Below are positions 29,466 to 39,215 of a stretch of DNA of 64,000 nt, piece by piece (the first letter of the stretch is position 1; the number at the start of each line of letters is the position of its first letter). Source of the DNA: a virus. The DNA is taken from positions 32,001 through 96,000 of IMG/VR virus record IMGVR_UViG_3300045051_000978. One strand, 5' to 3'. Made by a program: the position numbers and the translations under genes. Below the pieces are notes generated by a model. That model had not been told where the DNA came from, did not search any database, and saw only the letters and a list, made by a program, of their open reading frames with translations.

Positions 29466-30199
29466 TGCAGAAGCCCGGCCAGCGCCCCATCAAGGGAGCC
29501 CAGAAGTTTCCCGCCAAAACTGCGCCGGCTGCCAAAAAGCCCGAGCCGCAGGAAACTGAAGTTGTCCCTTCGCCGGCTGTCCCTCCTCCGCCAAAATCGC
29601 GACGCCTGGTACCGACGCTATCGCCGCTGCCGACTTCACCCATTGAAGTCGTCAACAATGTCATCTGTCGCGACATCGTCGAAGAACCAGCGAACGACGA
29701 CCTGGACAAGGAGATTCCGCCTGATCCAACCATCGGTCTCCTGGAGTCTGTCGTCACTGGCGTCATCGACGGCAGCAGTCTCGAAGCGGTCAAGGACGAG
29801 GTAACGCGGCTGCTGGGTTGTCCGAGGGAGAAGTCCGACGTGATCGGCGCGCTCTTGCGCACGCACGACTACTACCGTGTCGCGCAGTGGGTGCGGGTGC
29901 GACACGACAACGAACGGCGCATCTTCAAAGCCAGCCAGCGCGGCGATCTGACCACCGCGGAGTCGCTCGCCTTCCTGCGTCTGGCGTGCGCTGAGATTTC
30001 CACCATCACGGCCAGCACGAAGGCCGAAACACATCCCGACTCAGGATCGATGGTGGACAAACTGGACAACGCGCAAGCGGAGCGCGACAAGCTGGCAGCG
30101 GAGAAGTACAAAGGCACGACGCCTCACGGGCGCGAGATCGTGCGCAAGAAGTTGGAAGCGGAGAAGAAGAAGCTCCTGGCCGAACGTTCGACCAGGTAA
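29465..30199 (+). CDS. Hypothetical protein (terminase small subunit candidate by position only)
   Basis: Helical ORF upstream of terL. Confidence 0.5.
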   Translation: MQKPGQRPIKGAQKFPAKTAPAAKKPEPQETEVVPSPAVPPPPKSRRLVPTLSPLPTSPIEVVNNVICRDIVEEPANDDLDKEIPPDPTIGLLESVVTGVIDGSSLEAVKDEVTRLLGCPREKSDVIGALLRTHDYYRVAQWVRVRHDNERRIFKASQRGDLTTAESLAFLRLACAEISTITASTKAETHPDSGSMVDKLDNAQAERDKLAAEKYKGTTPHGREIVRKKLEAEKKKLLAERSTR

Positions 30200-30305
30200 T
30201 CTGTTCTTTGCAGTGTGCACTGCAAAGACCCGGCGGTAGGCCATCCCGTTCTATCCGGCTGCGTAGGCTGCCGGGCGTAACCATCGGCGGCTCTTTGCAG
30301 TCACG

Positions 30306-30686
30306 ATGGGAAAACGCCAGAGAAAATGGGCGCGCCGTGCGTATGAAAAGCTTATTCTCCAGCTCGGTGGAAGATGCGTTGTCTGTGGCTCTCTCCATAG
30401 CCTGTCCATCGATCACAAAGACGGCAAAGACTGGAGGGCCTGCAAAGTCGAGTGGAGTCACCGCATCAGCATTTATCGACGCGAAGCTCGCGCAGGACTT
30501 CTCCAGGTCATGTGCGTCAAGTGCAACAGCAAGAAGGGCGCACCCGAACTCCCAGTTTTCAACGACGCAGACGACGGACAGTACAGTTTGTTTACACCCG
30601 ACAACGATGCTGTCGGCGATGCGGACGAAAGCCTGCTTCCGCAACAACCGTACGACTGGGCACCGACTGATGACGCGCCGTTTTGA
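30306..30686 (+). CDS. HNH endonuclease
   Basis: CVVCG...SIDHKDG...LQVMCVKCNSKKG. Confidence 0.85.
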   Translation: MGKRQRKWARRAYEKLILQLGGRCVVCGSLHSLSIDHKDGKDWRACKVEWSHRISIYRREARAGLLQVMCVKCNSKKGAPELPVFNDADDGQYSLFTPDNDAVGDADESLLPQQPYDWAPTDDAPF

Positions 30687-30933
30687 GGTGATGCCTGGCG
30701 CGTGCATTTCGGCAAACGAACTGAAGGTGCTTCACGCGGTTCGCGAGCTTCCGAACAAGTCCGCAGACTACATCAGTGCCGCGCTCGGCCTGAGTTCGCG
30801 CAGGCTCAGCGCCACCCTGCGCAGGCTCAAAAACGACGGATTTGTAAGGATCAGGTACGCACCTATGTGCGTATACACTTTAACCGCGAAGGGCTTTTCT
30901 GTCTGTGAGCACGCGCAAGCAAACCAAGACTGA
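30670..30933 (+). CDS. Winged-helix (MarR-like) DNA-binding protein
   Basis: ISAALGLSSRRLSATLRRLKNDGFV...YTLTAKG. Confidence 0.7.
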   Translation: MTRRFEVMPGACISANELKVLHAVRELPNKSADYISAALGLSSRRLSATLRRLKNDGFVRIRYAPMCVYTLTAKGFSVCEHAQANQD

Positions 30934-33037
30934 GCGCGTCGATAGCGCAGCCGAAGACGTACTCCAGGGTGGGTCCAAGGACAGCGAGCTGAACGAGTAC
31001 GAGCGCAAGCTGTACGACGAACTCATCGAACGTTTACGGAATGGTGAATCCGACGTGATTGGGGATTTGTGGCGCTTGGACTACGTCAAACCGCCACCGG
31101 ACATTCGGAAATTCATCCTCGACGACTACTACGTAGGCGCAAGCCTCCGACCTATTCCGGGTGAAAACGAAGGCATCTGGCCTGCCTGGCTGGAAATCTT
31201 CACGAGGGACTTCGACCTAGACAGCTACATCCACAACCTGGTCATCACAGGATCACTCGGTATCGGCAAGACCTGGATGATGGTCACGGTGCTGCTGTAC
31301 CGCATTTGCATCGCGACGCACCTGAAGAACCCGCAGAACTTCTTCGGCATCAGCCGCGGGTCACGCATCATCTACAACTTCCTGTCCGTGACCAAGGAAG
31401 CGGTCCGCGACACGGCTTTCGGCGACGCCATGAACTTCATGGGCAGTTCGCCATACTTCCGCGAGGTGTGCGGCTTCGATCCAGACATGGACTACGCCGG
31501 GTTCCGCATCCCGATGCTGAACAGCCTACCTGGAGGCGGCACGTCGAACATCTACCTCACCGCCGGTTCCAAGGGTCAGCACATCCTTGGTCGTAACGTT
31601 GTCGGCGTGGGACTGGACGAAGGTAACTTCCGCCTGGAAAAAGACCCTGATCTGAAAGCGTACGTGCTCTATGACGCCGTGCGCACGCGTATCAGCAACC
31701 GCTTCCAGAAGCTGTCAACGTTTCTACCTGCCCTCTCTGTAATCGCGTCCTCGGCAGCAGACGAATCCAGTTTCACTGAAAAGGTCGTAGACGAAATAGA
31801 GAAGCAGAACGCGGCCCGCGATGCCGACAACGCAAAGCTGCCGCCTAGTCAGCACATACCCAAGACTCAGGTCGTTTACAGAAATGCCGTATACAAAATA
31901 AAACGGCACGCGCTTCAGGACATTGGCCCAAACCACCTCTGGTTCAAGGTCGCGTACGGGCTCAAGAACATGGAGCCCTACATCCTCACCGGCTGGTACC
32001 GTGAGGACGGAACACCGGTAGGCGACGAGTCCCACGAGGAACCACCGTCCGGCGCGAAAACGGAGCTGGTTCCGAAATTCTACTACGAGGCATACCGGCG
32101 CAACTGTCGCACGAACCTCCAGGCCCTGTCCGGCATCAGCGTCAGCGGCGCACACCGCCTGTTCGCCTCGATGGTGGATGTTGAGTGGTGCATCGCGCAG
32201 TCAGAAGCCGAGGGCGTTCCAAACTCCGTGCGCCCCGGCATCGAGCGCATGGCGATTTCCAACGAGGACGGCTCAAACATCTGGGATTTCCTCATCCACA
32301 AAAACTTCGTCCAACGTGTCGCCAGCCGCCACATTCCGAAAAGGCATCCTGATCGTTTACGATACGTGCACATCGACTTGGCTACGCAGAATCTGTGCGG
32401 CGTAGCCATCTGCCACCTGGTCGGCGCTCAGCTTGTTGAGGGCATCGTGAAGGAAGGAGGGCAACCATTCGACGAATACCGCTTGATCGTCGAGTACGAC
32501 TTCATCCTGACCATCTGCGCAGGTCAGAACAAACCCATCTCCATTGAGAAGGTGCAGAACTTCATCTTCTGGCTGCGTGATATATGCGGTTTCCGATTCG
32601 GAAAGGTAACTGCCGACATGTTCCAGTCCGAAAGCATGCTCCAGGCCCTCGACGCAAAGGGATTCGAGACGGACAAGCTCTCGCTGGACCGCGACAAGTC
32701 CGTCTACCATGCCTGGCGCTCTGGCTTCGAGGAGCGTCGAATTCGTTTACCGCGCAACGCCCAGATGATTCGAGAAGCCGAGGCCCTTCTCGAAATGGAC
32801 AAGAAATACGACCACCCACCGGACGGTTCAAAAGACACCACCGACGGCGCGGCCGGGGCCTACTACAACGCGATCACGTCTGAAGAGACGATGACCCTCA
32901 TGAGCGTCAATGCACCGACACTGGTCACGAATCGGCGCGCTGACGATCCGGAGGCGCAGCAGGTCGAGCGAGCGAAGGTACCTATCGAGACCGTTTTGCC
33001 GAAGGGGTACACCCGCGTGAAGAACTTCACTGCATGA
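30905..33037 (+). CDS. terL: Terminase large subunit
   Basis: Walker A GSLGIGKT, Walker B VGLDEGN, nuclease YVHIDLA, VTADMFQS, DHPPDGSKDTTD. Confidence 0.9.
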   Translation: MSTRKQTKTERVDSAAEDVLQGGSKDSELNEYERKLYDELIERLRNGESDVIGDLWRLDYVKPPPDIRKFILDDYYVGASLRPIPGENEGIWPAWLEIFTRDFDLDSYIHNLVITGSLGIGKTWMMVTVLLYRICIATHLKNPQNFFGISRGSRIIYNFLSVTKEAVRDTAFGDAMNFMGSSPYFREVCGFDPDMDYAGFRIPMLNSLPGGGTSNIYLTAGSKGQHILGRNVVGVGLDEGNFRLEKDPDLKAYVLYDAVRTRISNRFQKLSTFLPALSVIASSAADESSFTEKVVDEIEKQNAARDADNAKLPPSQHIPKTQVVYRNAVYKIKRHALQDIGPNHLWFKVAYGLKNMEPYILTGWYREDGTPVGDESHEEPPSGAKTELVPKFYYEAYRRNCRTNLQALSGISVSGAHRLFASMVDVEWCIAQSEAEGVPNSVRPGIERMAISNEDGSNIWDFLIHKNFVQRVASRHIPKRHPDRLRYVHIDLATQNLCGVAICHLVGAQLVEGIVKEGGQPFDEYRLIVEYDFILTICAGQNKPISIEKVQNFIFWLRDICGFRFGKVTADMFQSESMLQALDAKGFETDKLSLDRDKSVYHAWRSGFEERRIRLPRNAQMIREAEALLEMDKKYDHPPDGSKDTTDGAAGAYYNAITSEETMTLMSVNAPTLVTNRRADDPEAQQVERAKVPIETVLPKGYTRVKNFTA

Positions 33038-33396
33038 ACGCTCGACGCATCATCTCGACCCTCATCTTCTTTGCGCTGCTCGTCGTTTCCGTTTACACGC
33101 GAGCAGGTAAAATCGACCTGGAGTGGGATCACAGTCCAGACCCGCTGGTCGTCGGCTACCGCATTTACGCCGGCACGAACAGCGGCATGTACACGCAGAG
33201 CCAGACGGTCCCTCGAACCAACTGGACGACGTTTTCAAACCTGACCTACGCCGTGCGCTACTACTTTGTGGCAACCGCCTTCAACGCAGCCGGCGTCGAG
33301 AGCATTCCGTCGAACGAAGTCGCAGCCACCATAGGCCAGCCTCGCACGCCTTCCAACCTGGCACTCACCAACGCGCCGCCAAAACCCGGTACCTAA
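33034..33396 (+). CDS. Secreted single-Fn3 protein
   Basis: Signal peptide; LEWDHSPDPLVVGYRIY...YYFVATAFN..GVES.PSNEV. Confidence 0.8.
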   Translation: MNARRIISTLIFFALLVVSVYTRAGKIDLEWDHSPDPLVVGYRIYAGTNSGMYTQSQTVPRTNWTTFSNLTYAVRYYFVATAFNAAGVESIPSNEVAATIGQPRTPSNLALTNAPPKPGT

Positions 33397-33399
33397 GCT

Positions 33400-33723
33400 A
33401 TGAGGAAAACGCTCGCGCTCAGCTTTCTGGCCATCGTTGCCCTCACGTGCAGCGCCGGTCTGCGCGTCCGCTGGAAGGCCAATCCGGTAGAGGACAACGT
33501 GGTCGATTACCGCGTGTTCTGCGCCACAGGCGACACGCTGGTCTGGGTCAAATCCGCCGGCACAGCGACGCAGCTTGACCTCACGGGAACGGTACCTGAA
33601 GGACTGCTTCGACTCCACGTCACTGCCGTAGACGAAATCGGACTCGAAAGTCTGCCGTCTGCTCCAGCCTACTACACCAACAAGCGCCCCAGCCGGCCAA
33701 ACCTCAAGCAACCACAAGGCTGA
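33400..33723 (+). CDS. Secreted single-Fn3 protein
   Basis: Signal peptide; VRWKANP..DYRVF...VTAVDEIGLESLPS. Confidence 0.75.
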   Translation: MRKTLALSFLAIVALTCSAGLRVRWKANPVEDNVVDYRVFCATGDTLVWVKSAGTATQLDLTGTVPEGLLRLHVTAVDEIGLESLPSAPAYYTNKRPSRPNLKQPQG

Positions 33724-33956
33724 TGAACCCAATCGTACGTCGAGTCCTCGGAGAATCCGTTGAAGCCAAGCCCCTGGTGCGCTCGTCCAAGCCGCAGGAC
33801 ATCCTCGTGTGCCCGCACTGCCAGAAGGAAGTCTTGGAGAAGCACACGTACTGCGAGAACGGCGTCGATTATCACAGCGACTGCGGAGGGGCCATCGCGT
33901 TTCCGAAGCCGGACCCCGCTTCGATTCCTGCCTGGCTCAAACCCTACATGCCATGA
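33723..33956 (+). CDS. Small zinc-ribbon protein
   Basis: CPHC...HSDC; leader MNPIVRRVLGE. Confidence 0.6.
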   Translation: MNPIVRRVLGESVEAKPLVRSSKPQDILVCPHCQKEVLEKHTYCENGVDYHSDCGGAIAFPKPDPASIPAWLKPYMP

Positions 33957-34297
33957 TCGAGCCTTCCGAAATCGTAGACAGTCTGCTCGAAGCCTCGGGC
34001 AGCAAAACGCGCCGTCTGATTCTTCAGAAAATGGATGCTGTGCGAAAGCGTCCAGGCTTGAGCGCAAATTACGCTCAACTCGTCTCAGGCCCATTCGGTG
34101 CCATTCCATCGTATGCCGAAGAGGACCCCAACTCGGAGTGGTGGGATAGTTCTGCCGCTCAAAACCTGTTGCGAACGCTGACCGACATGCTGTCCCCTGA
34201 CAGCGATTACGGTGTCAAACCCGGTGGGCCGACCCACGTGTACCCCGGTGCCCGTCAGAGCTGGCAGAAGACTGACCGCGATGTTGCCGGCCGATAG
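33953..34297 (+). CDS. Hypothetical protein with LLE leader
   Basis: MIEPSEIVDSLLE; ATGA-coupled. Confidence 0.6.
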   Translation: MIEPSEIVDSLLEASGSKTRRLILQKMDAVRKRPGLSANYAQLVSGPFGAIPSYAEEDPNSEWWDSSAAQNLLRTLTDMLSPDSDYGVKPGGPTHVYPGARQSWQKTDRDVAGR

Positions 34298-34304
34298 TTA
34301 GAGC

Positions 34305-34625
34305 GTGGCAGGCCAACGCATCGAGCTTCCAAAGCACAGCATGTGGAGCGACACTCCCGTCTACGAAGTAGGCGGCGAGGTGGTGTTCGGGCTCCTCAAA
34401 GATTCTGTCGTTCCCGATGCTTCCGACGAGCTGTACGTCGTGCCTACGGCCGGTGCGGGCAGGCTGGACCTGATCTCTGACCACGCCTACGGCACGCCTG
34501 AACTGTGGTGGGTCATCGCCCGCGTCAACAACATCGCTGACCCGTTCATCGGACCATCAACCGCACAGGAGCTGCGCATCCCAACGCGTGCGCGCCTGGT
34601 CAACCTCGGACTTCTCCAGGTATGA
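34305..34625 (+). CDS. Baseplate wedge gp53/LysM-like protein
   Basis: GRLDLISDHAYGTPELWWVIARVNNIADP...LRIP. Confidence 0.85.
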   Translation: MAGQRIELPKHSMWSDTPVYEVGGEVVFGLLKDSVVPDASDELYVVPTAGAGRLDLISDHAYGTPELWWVIARVNNIADPFIGPSTAQELRIPTRARLVNLGLLQV

Positions 34626-35281
34626 GCGCCGCATCCCGCATCGTGCATAAGCTCCTGGAAGATGATTTTGATTTTGATCTGCGAGACGAGATCGAACAGA
34701 TCAAAGCTCCCAAGACGCATCGTTGGAAAATTCAACAGCTGACGTTTCGCGGCTGGGCTGACGTAAAGGTTTCGACAAACAGAGGGTGGTACAGAACGCT
34801 GTATTTCGGCTCCGAAGCAGGCGCACGCGCTGAAATAGCCGGAATGCGCATCCCCGGCAATGACGATGACGAGTACCGGGTGGTAAGTGAGGAAGTACCT
34901 CAGGAGTTCGACCTGTACGAAGACGAGGACGATTTTCGCGACGAGATCGAAGCGATCCCCGTAACAAGCCGAACCGTTACGCGCATCGACGGTCGGTACA
35001 CGGAAGACGGCGATCTGTACGACCACGACACCCATGACCCCGTCGTCATGGAACTTGACGAGTACGACATCGAAGACGGGAAAACGCTTACAGACATCGT
35101 CGTTCGGCACCTAGTTGACGACGGCGCATGCTTCGCATCCAGCTCACACTTTCATCCTGGCGTCTGGTACGACGGTCAGTCCGAGTTCATCGACGATGGC
35201 AGCCAGCAATCGAGCTGGCATCTCAAGGGGTTCTCTGAGGAAGAGGAAGAAGCCATCTTCAAATCGATGATGGGGCGATAA
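34622..35281 (+). CDS. Acidic two-module protein with LLE leader
   Basis: KLLEDDFDFDLRDEIEQI and internal LYEDEDDFRDEIEAI. Confidence 0.65.
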   Translation: MSAASRIVHKLLEDDFDFDLRDEIEQIKAPKTHRWKIQQLTFRGWADVKVSTNRGWYRTLYFGSEAGARAEIAGMRIPGNDDDEYRVVSEEVPQEFDLYEDEDDFRDEIEAIPVTSRTVTRIDGRYTEDGDLYDHDTHDPVVMELDEYDIEDGKTLTDIVVRHLVDDGACFASSSHFHPGVWYDGQSEFIDDGSQQSSWHLKGFSEEEEEAIFKSMMGR

Positions 35282-35293
35282 AACGTAAACACT

Positions 35294-35767
35294 ATGCCAT
35301 ATCTCACAGAAAACCAACTTGCAACGACGCTGGACATGCCGGTGGCGCTGCCAGCCACTGAGCTGCGCCAGGGAGATTGGCTCGTGATCGCTTCCATCTC
35401 CGTCGTCACGCCCATGCGCCTGCGCTTCAAGCAGGTGAACCTCAGCCTGCTCTCCTGCTCGGTCAACACCAGCCTGATCGCCAACAGCAATCGCATCTTC
35501 GGCAACCTGGGATTTGTCTACCTCGCTCTCCGCAAGGACTACAGCGGAGAATCTCCCGGTTCGGCTGACGCGAAGGACGTTTTCGGCGTCACGGCGCTCG
35601 GAACTTACGCCAGACCCGGAGAAGAGCTGGTGCTGTCCGAAAGCGGTGTCTACTCTTGGATCATCGCCAACAACATGAAGGCGAGCGCCACGTCCAGCGT
35701 CCCTACCGACACCGAAATCAATTTCAGGGTCGCTGTGACAGGTATGGCTCGTCTGGAGATGGAGTAA
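35294..35767 (+). CDS. Putative structural protein (paralog of next ORF)
   Basis: LP.TEL..G...IA and G.Y..I..NN shared with 35772..36191. Confidence 0.65.
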   Translation: MPYLTENQLATTLDMPVALPATELRQGDWLVIASISVVTPMRLRFKQVNLSLLSCSVNTSLIANSNRIFGNLGFVYLALRKDYSGESPGSADAKDVFGVTALGTYARPGEELVLSESGVYSWIIANNMKASATSSVPTDTEINFRVAVTGMARLEME

Positions 35768-35771
35768 ACCC

Positions 35772-36191
35772 GTGTCTTACGTCAACACCGCCAGCTACGC
35801 CAAAACGCTCACAATCCCAATCAGCCTGCCCCAGACCGAACTCAAGCGTGGTCGGTCCGTGCGCGTGGCCAGTTGGAACCTGAAGCTGGGCGAGAGGCTT
35901 GAACTGCGCTCGTTGACTCTGCACGTCCTGCGCATCCTGACGCCAGGGCCGCAACCGATCTACACCAACACCGCGCTCGGAGCTGCCAGCGCCGGCATCT
36001 ACCTCGGGGAAACCGTCACGAGTCCTATCGCATGGACCTTCGTTGGAAGCGTGGGCGCAGCTTCCACCAACCCGTTCCACGTGCGCCGAATGATCACGCC
36101 AGGCACGTACACGGTCATCGTCAGCAACAACACTGCGAACCTTGATCTGGCGGTCTGCGCCACCGGCTGTGTTCGCCTGCTCAGCCTATGA
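35772..36191 (+). CDS. Putative structural protein (paralog of previous ORF)
   Basis: LPQTELKRG; GTYTVIVSNN. Confidence 0.65.
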   Translation: MSYVNTASYAKTLTIPISLPQTELKRGRSVRVASWNLKLGERLELRSLTLHVLRILTPGPQPIYTNTALGAASAGIYLGETVTSPIAWTFVGSVGAASTNPFHVRRMITPGTYTVIVSNNTANLDLAVCATGCVRLLSL

Positions 36192-38686
36192 ATCAGCTCG
36201 AATCAGCCCTGGTTCTCCGCCTTCGGACTCCGTTCAAGTGGGGTTCTGCCATCGACGCAACGCCGGGTTCAACGATCTCTGAAAGCGGCGTCCTGCATCC
36301 TGTCTACGGAACGCAGACGTTCAACCCTCTGGACTACCAGTACCGCGACCGGCAGCTGCGCTACCTGGACCTGATCAACGCCGCGGCACTGGTGGACGTG
36401 GCGATGCAGGTCTCCGATGTCTGGAACGCTCCGACCGACTATCCATCGATGGAGGGTCCGGCTCCCAAGGCGATGCCGGCCATCGTGAGCGCGCAGCTCA
36501 CTTCGTACGGCGTCGGAAGCCTCGTGCGCTACGTCTCCGGCACCTCGACGCCCTATGACGCCCGCACGACCGACAACGACCTGTACGGCCGGGACCTGCT
36601 CCTGCACGAAATCCTGGCGCGTGCCTGCGCCATCTTCAACGAACCACCCATCACCCCGCTCGACAGCACAGGCACCGTCGTCCCCAGCACAGGCACCTGG
36701 TCGCTGGCGGACGGTCTCGAAACCCCAGCGGACATCAACGCAGCGCTCCCGCTGACCAAGTCCCTCTTCAAGAATCCGGATCGGCATCTGGCCGACCGCG
36801 ACAACCAGCTCGCAGCCTACGTGGCCCGCGTCGTCCAGGCGCTCAAGAACCCATTCGCGTTCGCGCATCGCCTCTACGTGCAGGCTGAGGACGTAGAGGC
36901 CACAGAGCCCGAGGTGTTCGTCCTGACCTCCGACACCAGCGCGCAGCGCGTCTGGACTGCCGAACCCGCTCTGAGCGGCCGGAACCGGATCATCTACGAC
37001 ATCGCCGACCAGACGCTTCAGTGGTTCCGCGAACGCCTGGATGAAGTCCACGTGCCCCAGCTGGTCGCCCTGGAGATTCCTGGCGTGCTGCCTGGGCAGA
37101 TCGTCAAAACGCTGCCGAACATCCCCAGTCAGACCGACGCTCAGTTCTGGCGGCAGAAGGCCGCTCGCGTGATCCCATTCGGTGGCTCCGTTTCAGACGA
37201 GCTTTCGCTCGGCTTCACGGCGTCCGACGCCGCGGTTGGAGGCTACACGCAGATCAAAGCAGCAAGCCTCACAGTCCCTGGAGAGCTTTCCATCACGCTC
37301 GACGGCGCTCTGGATGCCGGCGTACACCGCGTCGCCGTCCTGGCCGTACCGAACCCGACAGTCGAGATCGCCGGAGCCAGCAACGCCACCAACGACAGCG
37401 GGACGGACGGCGGAGCCACGTTTGCGGTGAACGTGGCCAGCGGAGCCATCGGAGTGAAGCGCTACCTGGTCATTGGCGGCGATGGCATCATCTACAACTC
37501 CGGCACCTACTACAGCGGAAACGTCTTCGACGGCGTCGATGGAGTCACCACGTACACACAGGTTGGCGCACCTTCCACCGTACGGCAGTATGCCATGGCC
37601 TGGAAGCTGGCGCTGCCCCCTGGCGCGTGGAAGCTGCGGATCGACTACACCAACGTCAGCGGTTCCACGACAGGCTTTGGCGTTGGAGCCAACTACGTCG
37701 AGGGAGGCAACACAGTCCAGGTCATCAAGGACACGACAGCGCTGCCGTTTACAGAAGCGAACGGCGTCGTTGTGTCGAGTGCCGAAGGCGCTTTTGACGT
37801 GCTCAACGGCAACGAATTCTCGATGCCGATCTACTGGAGCTACGGCGACGGTCAGCTGCACATCCGCAAGCTCACCTTCACCAACACCGACCTGACCGAC
37901 TGTCGGATCGCGATGTCCGGAACCATCGGCATCGGCGAAGCCCAGGTCAACGTGGTCGGCACCCGGTACCAGCCAGAGGTGCTCCTGTTCACTCTCCAAA
38001 ACGACGCCCAGACGCCGCAGACGGTCGTCACGTTCCGAATGGGCGGCACCATCGGAGTGGACCCTTTGCTGCCGATCCAGATCAAGCAGGTGGCTGTCCA
38101 GAACGTCGGCGACTACAATGCCACGCTCGATGCCGACGGCTTCCAAGGTTGGCGGCAGGAGTGCGTAGACCGTGCGGAACGCGCCATCGCGACGACGTAC
38201 AACACCACCGTGCGCGAATACGGCACAGCCTTCTTCCCGACCTTCTACAGCTCAGGCACCGCCTGGAGCGCCTACAACACCGAGGTGTGGATGGCCGTCG
38301 CGCAGGCCAAGCACCCAAGGCTGCGCGAGCTGACCGCGATTCCGACCACAGGGATCGCTCCGGGACGACAATACGAGGTAACGACCGGGCCAGTCACCTA
38401 TGCCAGCTCCGTCTACGTCGCAGGCGAGACTTTCTACGGCGTCGAAGGCGAGACCACGTATGCCGGCGGCAGCGTGGATCAAATCGGGGCCTTCCGGAAA
38501 TCGAACCCGGGCCACATCGGCAAACCTTGCCTTGTCCCGTACGGCCTCTCGTTCAACGGCAGCGTTGCATCCCTGACCGTCAACGGCACATCCGCGGTGC
38601 CCAGCGTCGTCGCCGCCCAACCGTGGATGATCGACCTTGGCTTCTACACGGCCCAGGAAGACTTCTGGATGCCCGAACAGCGTTGA
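36188..38686 (+). CDS. Large putative virion structural protein
   Basis: 832-aa beta-rich ORF in a late operon; repeated Y.V..G.I.Y....Y..G..F.GV.G.TTY unit. Confidence 0.65.
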   Translation: MNQLESALVLRLRTPFKWGSAIDATPGSTISESGVLHPVYGTQTFNPLDYQYRDRQLRYLDLINAAALVDVAMQVSDVWNAPTDYPSMEGPAPKAMPAIVSAQLTSYGVGSLVRYVSGTSTPYDARTTDNDLYGRDLLLHEILARACAIFNEPPITPLDSTGTVVPSTGTWSLADGLETPADINAALPLTKSLFKNPDRHLADRDNQLAAYVARVVQALKNPFAFAHRLYVQAEDVEATEPEVFVLTSDTSAQRVWTAEPALSGRNRIIYDIADQTLQWFRERLDEVHVPQLVALEIPGVLPGQIVKTLPNIPSQTDAQFWRQKAARVIPFGGSVSDELSLGFTASDAAVGGYTQIKAASLTVPGELSITLDGALDAGVHRVAVLAVPNPTVEIAGASNATNDSGTDGGATFAVNVASGAIGVKRYLVIGGDGIIYNSGTYYSGNVFDGVDGVTTYTQVGAPSTVRQYAMAWKLALPPGAWKLRIDYTNVSGSTTGFGVGANYVEGGNTVQVIKDTTALPFTEANGVVVSSAEGAFDVLNGNEFSMPIYWSYGDGQLHIRKLTFTNTDLTDCRIAMSGTIGIGEAQVNVVGTRYQPEVLLFTLQNDAQTPQTVVTFRMGGTIGVDPLLPIQIKQVAVQNVGDYNATLDADGFQGWRQECVDRAERAIATTYNTTVREYGTAFFPTFYSSGTAWSAYNTEVWMAVAQAKHPRLRELTAIPTTGIAPGRQYEVTTGPVTYASSVYVAGETFYGVEGETTYAGGSVDQIGAFRKSNPGHIGKPCLVPYGLSFNGSVASLTVNGTSAVPSVVAAQPWMIDLGFYTAQEDFWMPEQR

Positions 38687-38711
38687 CCGTGGACGCGAAA
38701 TCGTATACAGT
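38683..38711 (+). promoter_or_regulatory. Early sigma70-like promoter
   Basis: TTGACC-17-TACAGT; ATG 9 nt downstream. Confidence 0.7.
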
Positions 38712-38720
38712 TTCGGCAGC

Positions 38721-38927
38721 ATGAAGCTCAGCACCGAAACCACCACGGGAACACTGCACAAGGACACCGCCGGCAAATGGTACGCCAGGACAGGCTTGAT
38801 TGCGAAGGCGTACCTCGACGGAACGATTCAGCACCGACCCGATCCCAACCTCGAAGGCGTCGAGGTCAACGTGACCCTCAAGGGCGCTGGACCCACCTGG
38901 GTTGTCACCGAGTACAGCTTCATCTGA
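38721..38927 (+). CDS. Small early protein
   Basis: Lies between promoter and terminator. Confidence 0.65.
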   Translation: MKLSTETTTGTLHKDTAGKWYARTGLIAKAYLDGTIQHRPDPNLEGVEVNVTLKGAGPTWVVTEYSFI

Positions 38928-38943
38928 TCCCGGCCTTGAAAGC

Positions 38944-38975
38944 AAAAAGCCCCCGCCAGCAAGCGGGGGCTTTTT
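38944..38975. terminator. Bidirectional intrinsic terminator
   Basis: AAAAAGCCCCCGC-cagcaa-GCGGGGGCTTTTT between convergent genes. Confidence 0.9.
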
Positions 38976-38991
38976 CGTGCTTCCAGGCACC

Positions 38992-39126
38992 TCAGCCGAG
39001 GAACGAAATCTGCGCAGTCGGGTACCTGGCAGTGATGATGCCCCGCGCCTGGGACTGGCTGGTTGCCTGGACCGTTTCGGTGAAGGTTTGGCCGTTCACG
39101 AAGACTCGCCAACGATAGGTGTTCAT
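38992..39126 (-). CDS. Small protein (44 aa)
   Basis: Read by hand MNTYRWRVFVNGQTFTETVQATSQSQARGIITARYP; TTTACA-16-TATAGT upstream, terminator downstream. Confidence 0.65.
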   Translation of the reverse strand: MNTYRWRVFVNGQTFTETVQATSQSQARGIITARYPTAQISFLG

Positions 39127-39163
39127 CGCCGAGCACTATACGCCCCGTTGATATTTTGTAAAC

Positions 39164-39191
39164 AAAAAACCACCGCCGTGAAGCGGTGGTT
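39164..39191 (-). terminator. Intrinsic terminator
   Basis: AACCACCGC/GCGGTGGTT stem followed by a T-run on the minus strand. Confidence 0.8.
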
Positions 39192-39215
39192 CTGGAACCG
39201 AAGCAAAGCGAAGGA

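Noticed and set aside
30306-33037. Intron or intein associated with HNH/terL
   Set aside because: terL is continuous with motifs in normal order and no intein splice motifs; the HNH gene is free-standing.
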